Both the position numbers and the translations under genes were made by a program. Positions 47,877 through 60,111 of a DNA stretch of 64,000 nucleotides are shown one piece after another. A model generated the notes under the pieces. That model made no database searches and was not told where the DNA came from. It worked only from the letters and a program-made list of their open reading frames with translations. This DNA comes from Squalus acanthias (lineage: Eukaryota), in the NCBI GenBank assembly GCA_030390025.1, contig CM059431.1:115508001-115572000 (forward strand), in the 5' to 3' direction. Each line of letters starts with the position of its first letter. The first letter of the stretch is position 1.

Positions 47877-49947
47877 AGAAAGAAAGACTTGCATTTATAT
47901 GGATTCTTTCACAACTTCAGGATGTCCCAAAGCCTTTGACAGCCAATGAAGTACTTTTGAAGTGGAGTCACTGTTGTAATGTAAGGTTATGCAGCAGCTA
48001 ATTTGCACACAGCAAGGTCCCACAAACAGCAATGAGGTAATTGACCAGATAATCTGTTTTAGATGTTGGTTGAGGAATAAATATTGGTCAGGACTGTAGA
48101 GTTTCGCAATTATCGCGATTCAAAACAACATGAGAGAAGCAGATTCAATTGATCATTTTTATTAAACGAAATGCTGTCCTGATAATAAAGGACACAGAAG
48201 CCTGTAAAATGGCCACCGCGCATCATGGCAGAAGCTTCCAGAGACACAGTGGGCAGACAAGATGGAGTCGAATATACATTCAGTATGAGATTGGATCGTA
48301 CTCGGTACACATTGATAAAGACAGGATGCAACCCGTTTGCATTTTGAACAATAGCAATGATATAAGTGCTGGAATCGTTTTCCTATGCACAGTAAGAATC
48401 ATTGTACTGGGCAATCGAAGGCCCATCCAGACACATCAATACACAAGTACCCCCCCCCGGCTCAACAATGAGAGAGACATTGACGGGTGATTAAGCCAGT
48501 ATTCGGGGGGCCCCAAAACCAGTCGAGGAGACGATTCATACACATCCTGGCTGGCTCAACAATGGGGAAGACATTAACAGATAGTTGGCCAGTTTCAGGT
48601 GCTACCGAAACCTGTTAAGAAGATAATCGCCCCATGCTGGGAGTTTTGAGCGCCAATATCACACAAAGGATAAACATTTAGATTTGAGCGGGAGATAAAG
48701 CGGACAGAACGGTATAACTATAGAGGACAAATGTCCATCGGTCTCTGGTATCCCTCTCCTGGACTGTCAGCCTCTTGATTTTCTCTCTGGACTCTGTTGA
48801 CTCTTGACTCTTAGCCGTACTGGTCGGTTATTCGAGTGTTGGGTGGAGCTCAATCGGAACGAGCCGCCCCGACAAGGGCAAGTAACAGGGTACACCATCC
48901 CGAGTGTTGGTAAACGGTGTCTGGACCCGGAGGCCCGAGAAGACGAGAAGAGAAGACGAGAAGAAATTCCACGTGCCGCCACGGTCAGTAAACCCCGACC
49001 GCGCCCGAAAATATAACGACCGAACTTTCCTTTGAGTTCTACCGACTTCTACATGTACCGTAACACAGGAAGATCCTTCTTTGAATTCTAAGATGGTTTG
49101 AGTCCATCGACTGCTTCATGACATCAGGGAGTCTGGCTTGCCTTTCGCAGCAGCGAGAATAAACAAGTGGGGTGCAGAAACCCTTCCAAACACGTGACAG
49201 TCAGGCGCTGCAGCGAAACGAGCTGAGTGCCTCATTTTAAAATCTCCGAAGTAAGCCGAGTGGTGAGCATGTTTTCTGATCATACAAATCCAGACGTAGT
49301 TTAGGTATTGTTAAGGGAGGGTGGTTTTTATAAGGTTAAGGTATAATGTGTTCCCCTTTTTACGATGTGCCGTGTGTTCTCCATTTCCATAGACCAAGTT
49401 TTATGAATGTGTGCATACTTGTACTCTCTCTGATTTGCGCCTATGACATGTATTTCATGATTTTAGACACCATGCAATAAAGATATTCATTTCGTGCTAT
49501 TCAACCAGGTCTATTTGAGTTTTTCTCTGCATTACTGCTCCTTGCATCTAAGTCCAGGTGTCAGAACCGTAAGGGCGAGTGGGTCGAACCACTCACAGGT
49601 GCTTATTGCAAAAAGGCTGGCCGGAGACCAGAGCAAGCAATAGTATAGGCAACGAAGGCCTAACCTCGCACCAGCACCGTCTGAGACACGCCCCCTTACA
49701 GGACACTGGGATAACTCCCCTGCTCTTCTTCGAATAGTGCCGTGAGATCTTTTGCATCCACCTGAGAGGGCAGATTGGGCCTCATATTCACATCTCACCC
49801 GAAAGACAGCACCTCCGACAGTGCAGCACTCTCTCAGTACTGCACTGAAATGTTAGTCTAGATTTTTGTGCTCAAATCACTGGAGTGGGTCTTGAACCCA
49901 CAACCTTCTGACTCAGAGGTGAGAGTGCTACCAACTAAGCCACGGCT
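47877..49947 (-). mobile_element. Full Deu-domain tRNA SINE, split by the solo LTR
   Basis: tRNA head ~49880-49947, Deu core 49705-49850, 3' part 47877-48094 with L2-like TATATAAATGCAAG tail. Confidence 0.9.
48095..49700 (+). mobile_element. Solo LTR, 1606 bp
   Basis: TGTAGAG...CCTTACA; 4-bp TSD GGAC; TATA-like at ~49328; AATAAA at 49476-81. Confidence 0.92.
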
Positions 49948-49951
49948 GATA

Positions 49952-50105
49952 GGAGGGCTCCTACAATTGGCTTTAATTCCTCTGTACTAATGAAAAGGGG
50001 GGGAAAAATCACTCAGGGCTCATGTACCTGATCAGTATCCATTAACTGCTGCAGGAAAATCTGCATGTGCTAATGTCATATGAGGACAGGATTCAGCTTG
50101 GCTAC
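49952..50105 (+). mobile_element. Family X SINE-like fragment
   Basis: ctacaattggc..gggggaaaaatc..cctgatcagtatcc..gaggacaggattc. Confidence 0.5.
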
Positions 50106-50814
50106 AAGATACTCCAGAATTGAATAGACTGCCAGCACTTCACTGTCAAGGCTTGCACATAAATAATGGCAATTTGGGTGAGAAGTTGGAGTCTTTGGGA
50201 GAGAAAGGGGAGAAAATTGTAAAAATGAAAAATAATTTCCAAAGCCCTAATGAATTTGAAGGTAATTTTATAGGGCAATGCTGTGTAGTTAGTTACATAT
50301 GTAACTAGCAAAGTTTCAATAGTTATTTTGATTTAGTGAAAAATCAAATTAGTTTGTTTCCTTGATTTAATCTGCAGCTTTATTCCTTTGAAGCAAAATG
50401 AATTTATTGGTTCCATTGTAGAGATTTGTATGTTTGACATAGACTTGTGAAGTGTTCATATCTTCCTGGATATATGCCATTGCTTTTATTATATCTGTGC
50501 ACTATTGTTAATGGTATACATCAACGAAATATTGTTGAGTTGTCTGGGAAATTCTTCATCGAGGAATTAACAAAATTGCTGGTTTTGACACCCCAGGCAT
50601 TAAAAGTCGGAGCTGGAAACAGTACATGAGTTCTTTCCAAATATGATGATCGGAAGAGAGGCTCAATTTTCACTCCTTGCTTGGGAGATAAACACATCCA
50701 AAAGGATTGCAAGAGGCGACACAGACTGAATTTGTCATGCAGAACACACTACTTTGTTCATTGAGATACAGACAGTCTAATACTCAATCCTAAACCATTG
50801 TTACAAAATGTAGG

Positions 50815-50876
50815 TTAGGCAGCATCTTTGAAGCGAGAAACTGAGTTAACGTTTCAGGTCAATGACCTTTCATCAT
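50815..50876 (-). mobile_element. Penelope terminal fragment with hammerhead remnant
   Basis: Minus strand TGATGAAAGGTCATTGACCTGAAACGTTAACTC..AGATGCTGCC; first core C absent. Confidence 0.65.
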
Positions 50877-50879
50877 GAG

Positions 50880-51446
50880 TTCTGAGGAGTTTTCTGCCTG
50901 GCAACTGGCCAAATCGACAGCCGACGGGTGGGAGGCACCACCAGCGGCAGATGGCTGCAGCTGGAGACCCTTGGGGACGGTCCCTGGCAATCGGGAGGTC
51001 GGAGAGGCTGCAATTGGAAGGGGGCGAGAGCCCGTGATCGGGAGAGGGAGGTCGGCAATCGGGAGGGCTGGTCGGAGGAGGGGGCGAGGGGTGCTGGGGG
51101 ATGCCAAAGGCTTCCTTGAGGGGCCGGGGGGAACACTCCTGCTCCTCCTGGCCCACAAGGAGTGCTGAAAGAGGCATTTACCTTGTGAAGCCGGCAGTGC
51201 CCACCTCCCTTTCACTGCTGAGTTTTCCGACCCCTGGGAAATCCATACAGCAACAGTTGCACAGTGGGAGCCAAATTTAAATATGTTAATGAAATGTTCC
51301 GCCTCTCCATGGCGGGACGCTCAGACGCCCCATAAAAAAGGCGGCAGGCGCATGCGCGGCAGGTTGGAGTCGTGTTTCCCGTATTTAACTTTTTAACCCC
51401 TCCTTGACCTTCTCCCACCCGTCGTGGGGGGTTTAATATCGAGACC
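50880..51446. mobile_element. Harbinger-type MITE (family 2), partial
   Basis: Minus strand AAGGTAAAT..GGGCCAGGAGGAGCAGGAGTG, as in 9528-9996; GCGCATGCGC near the right end. Confidence 0.6.
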
Positions 51447-52093
51447 CTGGTCTGTGTTGTAATGTCTGCTGTTTCAAAGAGTTTGGTAGTGAAATGAAAG
51501 ACTCTATTAAATTTATGATAAATCTAGTAAGCAAATTACTGCAAGTGGGGTAACTGTTAACCGCTCAGGTATACATCTGCAAAGGCAATATAGAAAAATA
51601 ACAGCTGGTGCATTGAGGGGCAGGGTTTGCGTAGACCTTGAAATTGAAAGAAGCCCAGGGACATCCCTGCTCATCCATCACCCCTGTTTTGCTGACCTAC
51701 ATCGGCTCATGCTCATAAGAACATAAGAACATAAGAAATAGGAGCAGGAGTAAGCTATTCAGCCCTTCGAGCCTGCTCTGATATTCAATAAGATCATGGC
51801 TGATCTTCTACCTCAACTCTACCTTCCCACACCATCCCCATATCCCTTAATTTCCTCAACACCAAACACCTATTGATCTCTGTCTTGAATATATTCAACG
51901 ACTGAGCATCCACAGCCCTCTGGGGTAGAGAATTCCAAAGATTCACAACCCTTTGAGTGAAGAAAATTTCTCCTCATCTCAGTCCGAAATGGCCGACCCC
52001 TTATTCTGAGACTGTGACCCCTAGTTCTAGACTCCCCAGCCAGGGGAAACAACCTCCCAGCATCTACCCTGTAAAGCCCTGTAAGAATGTTAT

Positions 52094-52837
52094 GGTGCAG
52101 AAATTCCGATCCCTACGGGTGTGTACGCGCTGTGTACCCACCCGTAGGGACATCGGAAATGCCGGTTTCAGCCATGCACTGCGCATGCGCTGGAAACCGG
52201 CATTTCCGATCTTTCAAGAAAGCTCTTGACAGATCCTTCGGCTGCCCGGGAGCAGGGCCTCTGCGGGTGGATAGTTCCGCTTTTTGGAGACCCTCCGCCC
52301 GCAGAAAACACTTACAAATCTTGGGCCTGGTAAAAGCAGGCGTAAGGCCTGCTTTTACCAGGATAAGAGTTGAAAAAAAGTTTTTTTTTAAATTCCACTG
52401 ATTTATCATTTAAAAATACTTTAAAGAAAGGTAAGTTTATTTTTAGCCCCGTTAAAAACTTTAATTATTTTTTTCAAAAAATAAATTTTTTATTTAAAAT
52501 AATTAATTTATTGTAATTTAAAATCATTTTAAAAATAAGATTAAAAAAAAAAAATATTTAAAGTTTTACTATGTTTTGGGGGTGATCTCTATTCATATAT
52601 TTGACAGGTCTTTCTGTCAAATGTATGCAGGGAGATTCCCTTCTCTGATTGGCTCCCCATGGCCCACGTGATCCCAGGGACGCTGCGAACCGGGATACGT
52701 GGGCCCTGCGCACCGGCAGTTTGGAGAGGCCCAGCAGCGGAACTCTGCGCCTCCCGGGAGCCCTCCGGTCTTGGCGCAGATTTTTCCAGATCGCAGCCCT
52801 CCGCCCGCGGGAGGCCTGCGATCGGAATTTCTGGGCC
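52094..52837 (+). mobile_element. Harbinger-type MITE family 1 (744 bp)
   Basis: TIRs GGTGCAGAAATTCCGATC / GATCGGAATTTCTGGGCC; TAT TSD; CR1 is collinear on both sides. Confidence 0.9.
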
Positions 52838-54473
52838 TATATGTTTCAATGAGATCACCTCTCATTCTTCTAAATTCTAGGGAAAATAGGCCTAGTGCTC
52901 TCAATCTCTCCTTGTAGGACAATCCCCCCATCCCAGGAATCAGTCTGGTGAACCTTTGTTGCACACCCTCTATGGCAAGTATATCATTCCTTAGGTAAGA
53001 AGATCAAGACTGTACACAATATTCCAGATGTGTTCTCACCAAGGCCCTATATAATTGCAGTAAGACTTCTTTACTCTTATACTCCAATCCTTTTGTAATA
53101 AGGGCTAACATAGCATTTGCTTTCCCAATTGCTTGCTTTACCTGCATGTTAACTTTCAGTGATTTGTCTACAAGGACACTCTGGTCCCTCTGAATACCAA
53201 CATTTCGAAATCTCTCATCATTTAAAAAATATTCTGCTTTTCTATTTTTCCTATCAGAGTAGATAATTTCACATTTCTCCACATTATATTCCATCTGCCA
53301 TGTTCTTGCCCACTTCCTTAACCGGTCTATATCCCTTCGCAGCCTCTTTGCATCTACCTCACAACTTACTTTCTCACCTAGCTTTGCATCGGCAGCAAAC
53401 TTGGGCACATTACACTCAGTCCCCTCATCTAAGTCATTGATATAGATTGCAAATAGCTGAGGCCCAAGTACTGATCCTTGCGGTACCCCACTAGTTAGAG
53501 CCTGCCAACCGGAAAATTACCCATTTATTCCCACTCTCTGTTTTCTGTCCGTTAACCAATCCTTTATCCATGCTAATATATTACCCCCAATCCCATGAGG
53601 CCTAATTTTGTGTAATAACCTCTTGTGTGGCAACTTATTGAATGCTTTCTGAAAATCCAAATACACCACATCCATTAGTTCTCCCTTATCTACCCTGCTA
53701 GTTATAACTGCAAAAAATTCTATTAGATTTGTCAAACATGATTTCCCTTTCATAAATCCATGTTGACTCTGCCCAATCATATTATGATTTTCTAAGTGCC
53801 CTGTTACCACGTCCCTAATAATAGATTCTAGCATTTTTCCTGCTGCTGATGTCAGGTTTAACTGGTCTATAGTTCCCTCCTATCGCTCTCCCTCCTTTCT
53901 TGAATGGCGGAGTGACATTTGCTACCTTCCAATCCGTGGGGAGCGTTCTAGAATCTAGGGAATTCTGAAAGATCAAAACCAATGCATCCACTATCTCTGT
54001 AGCCACCTCTTTTAAAACCCTAGGATATAGGATATCAGGTCATGGGGATTTGTTGGCTTTTAGTCCCATTAATTTCTTCAGTTCTATTTCTTTACTAATA
54101 CTGATTTCTTTAAGTTCCTCATTCTCACTAGACCCTTGGTTTCCCACTATTTCTGGAATGATTTTTATGTCTTCTTCTGTGAAGACAGATGTTTGTTTAA
54201 TGTCTTTGCTATTTCCTTATTCCGCATTATAATTTCTTCTGTTCCTGCCTGTAAGGGACCCATGTTTACTTTTGCTAATCTCTTCCTTTTTACATACCTA
54301 TAAAAGCTTCTACAATCTGGTTTAATGTCTCTTGCTAGTTTACTCTCATAATCTATTTTCTCTCTCTTTATCAATTTCTTGGTCTTCCTTTGCTGAATTA
54401 TAAAATCCTCCAAATCCTCAGGCTTACTGCTCTTTTTGGCAACATTATAAGCCTCTTCCGTTAGTCTAATAAT

Positions 54474-55237
54474 GGCCCAGAAATTAGGCTCCCTGGCTTC
54501 CCGCGGGTGCAAGGATCCCGTGCGCACCTACCTACCGCGCCTGCCGTTGACCTCTGGGCCCACGGGGACTTCAGCTCCTAGGCCTCCTGCAGCTGCCGGC
54601 GCGCAGTGCTTGTATATCCCAGAGGCGTAGTTAGTGCGATGCGTCCCCTGGGATCACGCGGGCCATGGAGAGCCAATGGCAGCAGACCATCTTTCATTCA
54701 TAGATTTGACAGGAAGACCTGTCAAATCTATGAATTGAAATCAGCCCCAAAACAACACCTAAACTTCAAATAAATTTAAAAAAACCATCACATTTTTAAA
54801 ATAACTATAAGTTAAATAAATTAACTACTTTAAACAAAAATTAAAATTTTTGAAAAAATTAAAATACTTTTTAACAGTGCTAAAAATAAACTTACCTTTC
54901 TTTAAAGTATCTAAAAAAGATAAACCTGTTGAAAACATTTTTTAATTGTAATTAATTAACCACTTATCTTGTTAAAAACGGGTCTTGCGCCTCCTTTTTA
55001 AAAGCGCAGCTTCTTCCATACTTACCTTCCCGGAGAAACCTGAAAAAAACCCTAAGTTTGCTGCGTGCGCGCAGCCTCTCCCGCGCACGCGGTTCACCTC
55101 TCAACCACTCCCTTCACGAGACCGGAAGTTCCGGTTTCCTGTGTATGCGCAGTGCATGCAGGAAACCGGCATTTCAGGAGGCCTTACGGGTGAGTACACA
55201 GCGCGTACTCACCCGGCAAGTGCCAAATTTTTGGCCC
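54474..55237 (-). mobile_element. Harbinger-type MITE family 1 (764 bp), reversed
   Basis: TIRs GGCCCAGAAATT / AATTTTTGGCCC; flanks AAT/ACT; same arms and AT core as 52094, inverted. Confidence 0.88.
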
Positions 55238-55980
55238 ACTATCTTTTACTTCTCTTGTTAGCCACGGTTGGATCATTTTTCCCGTGGGGTTTTTATTCTT
55301 TAAGGAAATGTATATTCGTCGTGAATTATGAATTATTTCTTTAAATGTTTGCCATTGCTTATCTACTGTCACATCTTTTAATTTAGTTTCTCAATCTACC
55401 TTAGTCAACTCACCTCTCATACCTACATAAATTGCTTTGTTCAGATTTAAGACCCTAGTTTCAGACTTTACTAAATCACTCTCAAACTCAATATAAAATT
55501 ATATCATATTCTGATCACTACACCCCACAGCCTCTTTTACTACAAGGTTATTAATTAACCCTATCTCATTGCTCAATACTAGATCTAAAATAACCTGTTC
55601 CCTAGTTGGTTCCTCGACATACTGATTGAGAAAACTATCTTGAATGGATTCCATGAACTCGTCCTCTGCACTATTACTGCAAATTTGGTTTGCTTAGTCT
55701 ACATGAAAGTTAAAGTCCCCCATGATTAATGCCTTATCCTTGTTACATGCACCCCGAATTTCCTGATTTATACTGTACCTGACACTACAACTACTGTTAG
55801 GGGGCCTATAAACTACTCCCACCAGTGTTTTCTGCCCCTTGTTTCTTAGCTCACCCAAAGTGATTCTAAATCTTGTTTTTCCAAGCTAAGATCCTTTCTC
55901 TCTACTGTCTTTATCCTATCCTTTATTATCAGGGCTACCCATCTCCTTTTCCATTCTGCCTATCTCTTCTAGAATTATCA

Positions 55981-56366
55981 ATCAAGGGAACAGATCAAAG
56001 CTCTGCAGTCCTGCCACATCCAGTCGTGAATAGTGGTGGACAATTAAACAACCAACGGGAGGAGGAGGCTCCATAAATATCCGCATCCTCAATGATGATG
56101 GAGCCCAGCACGTGAGTGCAAAAGACAAGGCTGAAGCGTTGGCAACCATCTTCAGCCAGAAGTGCCGAGTGGATGATCCATATCGGCCTCCTCCTGAGGT
56201 CCTCACCATCACAGAAGCCAGTCTTCAGCCAATTCGATTCACTCCATGTGATATCATGAAACGGCTGAGCGCACTGGATACAGCAAAGGCTATGGGCCCC
56301 GACAACATTCCGGCTGTCGTGCTGAAGACTTGTGCTCCAGAACTAGCCGTGCCTCTAGCCAAGCTC
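55981..56366 (+). mobile_element. Internal fragment of a non-LTR retrotransposon ORF2 (possibly LINE-B)
   Basis: AKDKAEALATIFSQKC..KAMGPDNIPAVVLKTCAPELAVPL, the pre-RT region. Confidence 0.75.
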
Positions 56367-58575
56367 TCCCACTCTGACCTCTCTGGCCTTGGCATCTTAC
56401 ACTGTTCCAATGAAGCACAACGCTAGCTCGAGGAACAGCACTTCATCTTTCGATTAGGCACTTTACAGCCTTCTGGACTCAACATTGAGCTCAACAATTT
56501 TAGACCATAACCTCTGCCCCCTTTTTTTCCCAGATGGCAGTTGTTGATGATTCTGCCATTCCCATTTGCCGTATTTAATCACTCCTGCCTTCCACCCTAT
56601 CGCAGACTGTCCCTATTGTTCTTTCCTCCCCTCCCATCCTTCCCTGCCTCTGTACCTAGTTAAAATCTGTTACATCTCTAACCTTTTCCAGCTCTGATGA
56701 AAGGTCACAAACGTTGGCCTCGATTTCCCCTACCTCGACAGGTACGCAACGAGGCCAACCCCGCTACTGGCTCCACCCTGCTCTGTAGAATGATTTTACG
56801 TTGATTGGGCTTGTTAAGCCCGCCCAGCGCGTTTGCCGGCCAATTGAAGAAAGCAGGTCTGATGATGTCATTTGAAGACGCATCATCAGCCGGTTTCCTT
56901 AAAAGGACCATGCGCAAATTGATTTTGACAGTTGTGCTCTCAGTGTTCTACAGCACTGAGGTGCTGCAAATAATGACAGGCACTGCACAGAGGTGCACGG
57001 CTGCACCCAGACTCTCCCATGACTCCCTCCATATGCTTATGGAGGGAGTCACAGCACGTAAGGAGGTTCTCTTCCCTTCCAATGGGCAGAAGAGACCTCC
57101 CCAGGACACCAACGCAGCCTGGTTGCACATTGCAGAGGAGGGCACAAGCAGGGATGTAGTCATAAGGACCTGGGTGCAGTGGCACAAACCTTTCAATGAT
57201 CTCAGTAGATCACAAAACGTTACTGCAAAGCCACACTCAACCTCATCCTGCTGTGCCACTCATCACATCCCCATCACTCTGCCTACCCTACTCCTGCACA
57301 TCCTTACTCACACCAACTTACTTTGCACCTCCACCCATCCCTCTCTATCTACATTATCACTTCCCCATCTCACTAGCCACCCCTCACACTCACCCTCTTC
57401 CTAGTCCAATCATACCAACTAACAACACACAAGGGTAGGCACTTGGATGTTTTAGCCAATGTTCATGTAAAGTTTCTGTTGATGTTGTGTCAAACATTGA
57501 AACCTTTATTTTCAACACTTTGCATTCTTGGACAGATCTGTGTGCACCTTTGGAAGTGGCTTTGTAAGTTGCAGTGAATGGTGAGACATAACGGTACCCC
57601 CCGCAATGGTCATGAGTGTGAAAGGAATGGCTTGGGCATTGTAGGGGTGCTTTATGGTGTTGGTGTGGGGTGGTGCCAACCTGGCGCATTATGTGGCAGC
57701 CGGGGTGTACAGCATCAAGTGAAATAAATCTGGCCATGGTGAGGCCATCCCTGGCGTCCCGGGCAGCAATGTGCTCGGGTGCTGATGCCCTGTGTCCTGT
57801 GCAGCATCAGTTGATTGCGGAGAAGGTTGGTATTGTTGTTGGTGCTGCTGGTGTACCTGGTGCTGCTGGTGTTGCGGCTGATCATGGTGAGATTCGGAGG
57901 ATCAAAATGAGATAGTTTGAAGGGCACCGATGCTGATATAATAGATGGCAGGTGAACTTGAGATGACAGAAGCGATCTGTCAATGGTGAGAGAGGTTGTT
58001 CCAATGAGGTGACACTGGATAGAGAGTTTGCTCCAAACACTTGCAACCTGCATAAAGCTCAATCTGTCTTCCAAATGCAGTAAGCAACAGCTTCTGAGCT
58101 TGGAAAGTGAACAGATGTGAGATGGGAGCTTTTACAGCACATTTGCAGCTGTCAAGTAATGAGATGATTCCATGGTCATACAACTCCCGACCTGCTTACC
58201 TGACATGATCCCCGAGCAGCGTGGACCCTGTGGGCGATCTCGCAAATGGTACGGTGAGCTTAAAATACTGTTTAATGGGCTGTTAACAAAGTCATAATGA
58301 TCTAAATTGCCTCTCCCGCCGCTATGTGTCAGGTCTGTTCAGCCCTGACAGACCCGACATCTGGGAAAGTCGCGTGGTGGTGGGTTGACAGCGGGGTCCC
58401 GACCCGGTGTCAAAATCTTTTTTTCCCCACACAACCCGCCACCGAACGCGCCCGCTGACCCCTGAAAAATTCCCCATTAACTCTGTTTCTCTCTCCACAG
58501 ATGCTGCCTGACCTGCTGAGTATTTCCAGCATTTTCTGTTATTATTTCAGATTCCAACATCTGCAGTGTTTTGCC
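56367..58575 (+). mobile_element. Penelope-like 3' end, split by a Harbinger
   Basis: Homolog of 17440-17940; resumes at 58476 (aactctgtttctctctccacagatgctgcc). Confidence 0.85.
56716..58475 (-). mobile_element. Internally deleted non-autonomous Harbinger (1760 bp), copy 2
   Basis: Inverted homolog of 33514-35299; flanks GTT/ATT; Myb ORF 56805-57404 on the + strand. Confidence 0.88.
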
Positions 58576-60032
58576 ATTCCATTTATTTCTATCTGTGCTA
58601 TTAATTGTTCTGTTTTGTTGTGAACGCTTCACATATTCAGATGTAGTGCCTTTAACTTTAACTTTTTTCTATTTTCCCTGATGTCACCTTCATCACTGAT
58701 GTCCTATTACCTTTGTTAAGCTCTCTGTCCTTTCCTGAACAACTCTGTTTATTTTACCCAGATCACTACTCTGCTCGACAGCCTTGACACTTCTCTTACA
58801 GCTTTTGAATTTACCCTTTCCTGAATCCTCCCCCCACCCCTCCTACTTTTTTAAAGCCCTATCTGCTGCCCTAGTTATTTGATTCATCAGGACACTGGTC
58901 CCAGCTTGGTATAAGTGGAGCCCATCCCTTTTTCCCCAGTACTGGTGCCAGTGCCCCATGAATTGAAACCGCTGCCTCCCACACCACTGTTTCAGCCATG
59001 CATTTAACCTTCTAATCTCTTGTCCCTATGCCAATTTGCACGTGGCTCAGGTAACAATCCAGAGATTATTACCTTTGAGGTTCTGAGTCTTAATTTGGGC
59101 CCTGGCTCCTCAAACTGTCTCAGCAGAACCTCACTCCTAGTTCTACCTATATCATTGGTTCCTATGTGGACCGATGACAACTGGATCCTCCCCCTCCCAC
59201 TCCAAGTTCTTCTCCAGGCGTTAGGAGGTATCCTTAACCCTGGCACCGGGCAGGCAACACAGCCTTCGGAACTCACAGTCGCGGCTGCAGTGAACAGTAT
59301 CTATCCCCTTGACTATACCTTCCCCTACCGCTACAACATTCCTTTTCACCCCCCCCCCCCACTTGAATGGCCTCCTGTACCACGGTGCCGCGGTCAGTTT
59401 GCTCATCCACCCTGCAGACTTTGCCCTCATCCCCTCAAGAACCTCGTACCTGTTGGACAAGGGCAAAGGTCAAGGCTCCTCCAGCACTGCACCTGGGGTC
59501 CCCTTAACTGCCTGAGTCGCGGTCACACCCTCCTGTCCCTGTTCACTAACCAGACCTGTACCACTACCTAACCTAAGGGGTGTTACTGCCTCCTGGATCA
59601 AAGGTGTTCAGGTAACTCTTCCCCTCCCTGATGCCCCACAATGTCAGCACCTCGCACTCCAAATCAACAACTCTGAGCTGAAGTTCCTCGAGATGCAAAC
59701 ATTTACTGCAAATGTTGTCGTCCGGGATCACAATGCTCTCCACAAACTCCCACATGCTGCAGTTGCGGCACAGCACCTACACTGTCATCCCTATATAACC
59801 TTGTTTTATGTATTTAATTAATTAATTAAAGTTTATGTATTTAATTAATTTAGCTGATAGTTTTAAAAAAATTAATTACTAGATCTAGTTTAAGTTATAT
59901 GTAGATTAAATTAAGTATTTACCTGTAACACAAACCACAACAAGTATTGGAGGCAAAAAGCAGCACCTCCTTCCCCCTCTGCACTGAATTCCCACTCTCT
60001 TCAAATTCCCAACTTTACACTCTGTTTAAGAC

Positions 60033-60111
60033 CACTCTGTACCGATCACTCTGTGCCGATCACTCTGTGCCGATCACTCTGTGCCGATCACTCTGTGCCG
60101 ATCACTCTGTG
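60033..60111. repeat. 14-bp tandem repeat, ~5.6 copies, at the CR1 5' end
   Basis: Unit CACTCTGTGCCGAT. Confidence 0.95.

Noticed and set aside
48149..48490. U3 ORF open in both solo LTRs as a viral accessory gene
   Set aside because: The annotated start is TTG, and about a dozen amino-acid changes between otherwise near-identical copies give no sign of purifying selection
14890..49700. The two long LTRs flanking one provirus
   Set aside because: They are in opposite orientation and each has its own TSD
49880..49947. tRNA genes (also ~2220-2284 and ~29090-29152)
   Set aside because: A/B boxes run into SINE bodies or are degenerate; these are SINE heads
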